A stretch of DNA of 64,000 bases from Candidatus Poribacteria bacterium (lineage in GTDB: Bacteria; Poribacteria; WGA-4E; PCPOR2b), in assembly GCA_965208675.1 (NCBI GenBank), contig OZ242351.1, positions 1,792,001 through 1,856,000 of the forward strand, in the 5' to 3' direction. How positions within the stretch are numbered: position 1 is the first letter of the stretch; each line of letters begins with the position of its first letter. The notes below the pieces were generated by a model. The model was given only the letters and a program-made list of their open reading frames with translations. It did no database searches and was not told where the DNA came from. Shown piece by piece: positions 61,833 through 64,000 of this stretch. The position numbers were made by a program, and so were the translations under genes.

Positions 61833-61861
61833 ATTTTACCATGATAGGCCTTTCTTGTCAA
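61833..61861 (-). promoter_or_regulatory. sigma70 promoter of the six-gene defence operon
   Basis: TTGACA-N17-TAAAAT with extended TGn. Confidence 0.65.
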
Positions 61862-62038
61862 CGCGCGTTGGACAATCAGAAAGAGATTTTCGTCACTAAA
61901 TTATTGATTAGGGTGTGTGCCTGGCACGTTTTCAATATTGACTCCTATCCAGCATTTTATCTAGATAAAAGGTACCCGCTCCGCAATTTTTCATTCATTG
62001 ACAAGAACTTGGACTCTTCAAATGAGAATAACCCTCTC

Positions 62039-62260
62039 TCACCTACGCCCCCAAACGAACCTAACCACCACGCCGATGAGAATCAAGCAGACGACCAGTC
62101 CAATCAAGCCGAGTATGAAACCCAAAATGTTGAACATCCAGTGTCCGGCAGAAGAATGGCTAACTTCCCACAACAGCCATAACGAGCCGTATCCCACGAC
62201 AAGGACGAATCCCGCGGCAATCAAACTGGCTAACAGTTTGAGAAGGCAACCGAGATTCAT
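62039..62260 (-). CDS. Small two-TM membrane protein
   Basis: GGAGG RBS, two hydrophobic helices. Confidence 0.6.
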   Translation of the reverse strand: MNLGCLLKLLASLIAAGFVLVVGYGSLWLLWEVSHSSAGHWMFNILGFILGLIGLVVCLILIGVVVRFVWGRR

Positions 62261-62317
62261 ACCAACCCTCCATTTAGCTAAACCAATCCCTAGGTAACGA
62301 GTTTGAACGTCATTTTT

Positions 62318-63214
62318 TCACGAAGTTCTGATGAAAAACGGCTGTGTCCACGCCATGCGTCCGCCAGCGCCGTAGCATTCGGCGCGGATATACCCCAACC
62401 GCGCGGCATCGTCCGGGCTTTCCGGTAGTGTGAATGTAGCTTCAGGGGCATCGACTGTGGAACGGATGACGCCGGCGTTACTGATGAAACGGATTCGCTG
62501 CGCATCTTCAGTAGCTACATGCACCGTTTTACCTTCCGCACCGACGCGGGTGACTGTGACACCAGTAGAGCCGTAGAAACTGCCGGCTTTGAGCGCTGAT
62601 GTTATGCCTTCAACTGTACAGTCTTCTGTTTGTACCATGTTCCAAGCGAGTTCAACGTCGACCGGGAGATGTGAATCGTCGTGCGCAAACCCCCAGATTT
62701 CCAGTCCCGTTGTCAGCAAGCGATCCCACCGATCTGTCGCTAACGCGACGCCGGGCAGGCGTTCAATGACGCCGTTGTAGATTTCGATGCCGTGGTAGCG
62801 ATTGAGGGATTCCATCTGTTCCTGTGGAAAATGATTAAAGTGCGCTTCAAAGTTCGGGTGGTTCAGCACACTCACGCCGCCCTGTTTGTTGATTTCGTCG
62901 ATAACCCACTGTCGATTCGGGTGCGGCTCAATCCAGGCTTCCGCGTTGACCTGCAAAATATGGGGACCTCGCGCCGTCACTTCAACCGCCGGGATGAGCG
63001 TCATGGAGGTCTCTTTCTGATAGCCATCGAGTTTAACCAACACGTCGTGATCCGAGATAGCCAAGAAATCGTAACCCCGGCTATCGTAGTCGGCAATTAC
63101 CGCTTCGGGCGGAAGAGAGCCGTCGCTGCGGGTTGTATGGGTATGCAGGTTGCCGCGGAACCAGTTTGAAGCCCCTGTGTAGCTGCTCTTTAGCTGGATA
63201 CCGTTATTTGACAT
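62318..63214 (-). CDS. PHP-domain metallohydrolase (CehA/McbA-like)
   Basis: GNLHTHTTRSDG, ISDHD, LNHP, IEIYN, DDSH; AAGGAG RBS before ATG 63214. Confidence 0.85.
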   Translation of the reverse strand: MSNNGIQLKSSYTGASNWFRGNLHTHTTRSDGSLPPEAVIADYDSRGYDFLAISDHDVLVKLDGYQKETSMTLIPAVEVTARGPHILQVNAEAWIEPHPNRQWVIDEINKQGGVSVLNHPNFEAHFNHFPQEQMESLNRYHGIEIYNGVIERLPGVALATDRWDRLLTTGLEIWGFAHDDSHLPVDVELAWNMVQTEDCTVEGITSALKAGSFYGSTGVTVTRVGAEGKTVHVATEDAQRIRFISNAGVIRSTVDAPEATFTLPESPDDAARLGYIRAECYGAGGRMAWTQPFFIRTS

Positions 63215-63310
63215 TTTTGACTCCTTCTTCGCAAGATATACAGACATGTCCGCGATTAGTTCAAACAAACCTTCTAAACTTACTGGCCACTGGCTGCTGC
63301 CTCTGCGGTT

Positions 63311-64000
63311 TCAATCTAAGGAAGCGTAATATTCAACGATGACTTGCCACGCCTTCTCGCTCATGAATCCGTCGGGCGGGGATTCGCCGCTACGCGCGTA
63401 TTCACGCATCTGCGAACCTGAAACGAAAAGAAAATCCGGGGCGCGGTCGGGTTCAAAAAAGCCCATACTGCCCGCGGCTTTGTCATAAGCCGCGACGCGG
63501 AACGGGACGATTTTCAGGCGTTCTAGTCCAACCGCGGTTTGTAACGCCTTCACGCCGTGCCAAGGATCATATAACGGGGCAGACTTGCCGCCGGAGTCGA
63601 GCCGCTCCGGATGCGGCATGCCTGCCGGGTCCCGCCCGACGATGTAGTAATCCGCGCCAGCGTTCATCCGCGCCTTCGCATGCCACTGCACCTCGGTTGG
63701 ACCGGCGTAAAGCATCGGGCTAGGAAAAATCGAGACGACTGTCGTGTCCGCATCCAGTACACCGTCTTCGAGAACTGCGTCGTGTTGGCGCATCCGCACC
63801 GGCAACGGCACATCATCGGCTTTTGTCCAACCGCCCAGTGGATGGAGCAGGAGCATCGGGTTTTGATATCCCTGTTTTTTTAGCTCGTCCCGGGTCTCGT
63901 TCATCAACAGCGCATGACCGTTGTGAATGGGGTTGCGCAGTTGAAACGCATAGACGACATCAGCGCCGCGCCGTTTGAATTCTGCGCGAAGTTCCGCAGG
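63311..64000 (-). CDS. sat: Sulfate adenylyltransferase (ATP sulfurylase), 3' part, plant/animal-like
   Basis: Open from the right edge: [48 protein letters not shown]. Confidence 0.93.
   Translation of the reverse strand, partial: PAELRAEFKRRGADVVYAFQLRNPIHNGHALLMNETRDELKKQGYQNPMLLLHPLGGWTKADDVPLPVRMRQHDAVLEDGVLDADTTVVSIFPSPMLYAGPTEVQWHAKARMNAGADYYIVGRDPAGMPHPERLDSGGKSAPLYDPWHGVKALQTAVGLERLKIVPFRVAAYDKAAGSMGFFEPDRAPDFLFVSGSQMREYARSGESPPDGFMSEKAWQVIVEYYASLD

Noticed and set aside
52000-62000. Prophage or integrative element around the defence operon
   Set aside because: No integrase, transposase, phage genes, tRNA or att-like direct repeats seen

Overview
64 kb of bacterial chromosome. The FlgD-Ig-tailed secreted proteins (LPNYPNPFNPETWIPYQL), CotH/LTD, PQQ-propeller, TPR proteins and GTAG-REP repeats suggest Candidatus Poribacteria (inference). 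Housekeeping and metabolic blocks are a Bat/VWA operon (no moxR), an HldE-type adenylyltransferase, rhodanese-MoeB, a 2-oxoacid/acetoin dehydrogenase E1a/E1b/E2, amtB, SDR plus GH116, argH-pyrF-pyrE-lepA-lepB-lepB, a PHP hydrolase and an ATP sulfurylase. There are two accessory regions. At ~16.9-26.5 kb: composite ~340 bp tandem repeats, an orphan ABC binding protein, an FRG-TPR gene coupled to a Doc toxin, and a type IIG-like methyltransferase. At ~52.1-61.9 kb: a broken DUF433/PIN toxin-antitoxin pair, then a six-gene ParB-like + nuclease + Dcm + GHKL ATPase + Z1 + DUF4420 operon. Highlights: (1) MoeB has an in-frame UGA at the conserved Cys followed by a SECIS-like hairpin, so it is a probable selenoprotein; (2) an Mza-like defence operon in which a ParB/nuclease pair and Dcm stand where AIPR is expected; (3) an FRG-TPR protein ending in an antitoxin-like tail coupled to Doc; (4) a plant/animal-type ATP sulfurylase; (5) modular repeat arrays bracketing the accessory genes. 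No rRNA, tRNA, CRISPR array, integrase or transposase was recognised. All family calls are by motif recognition, not database search.
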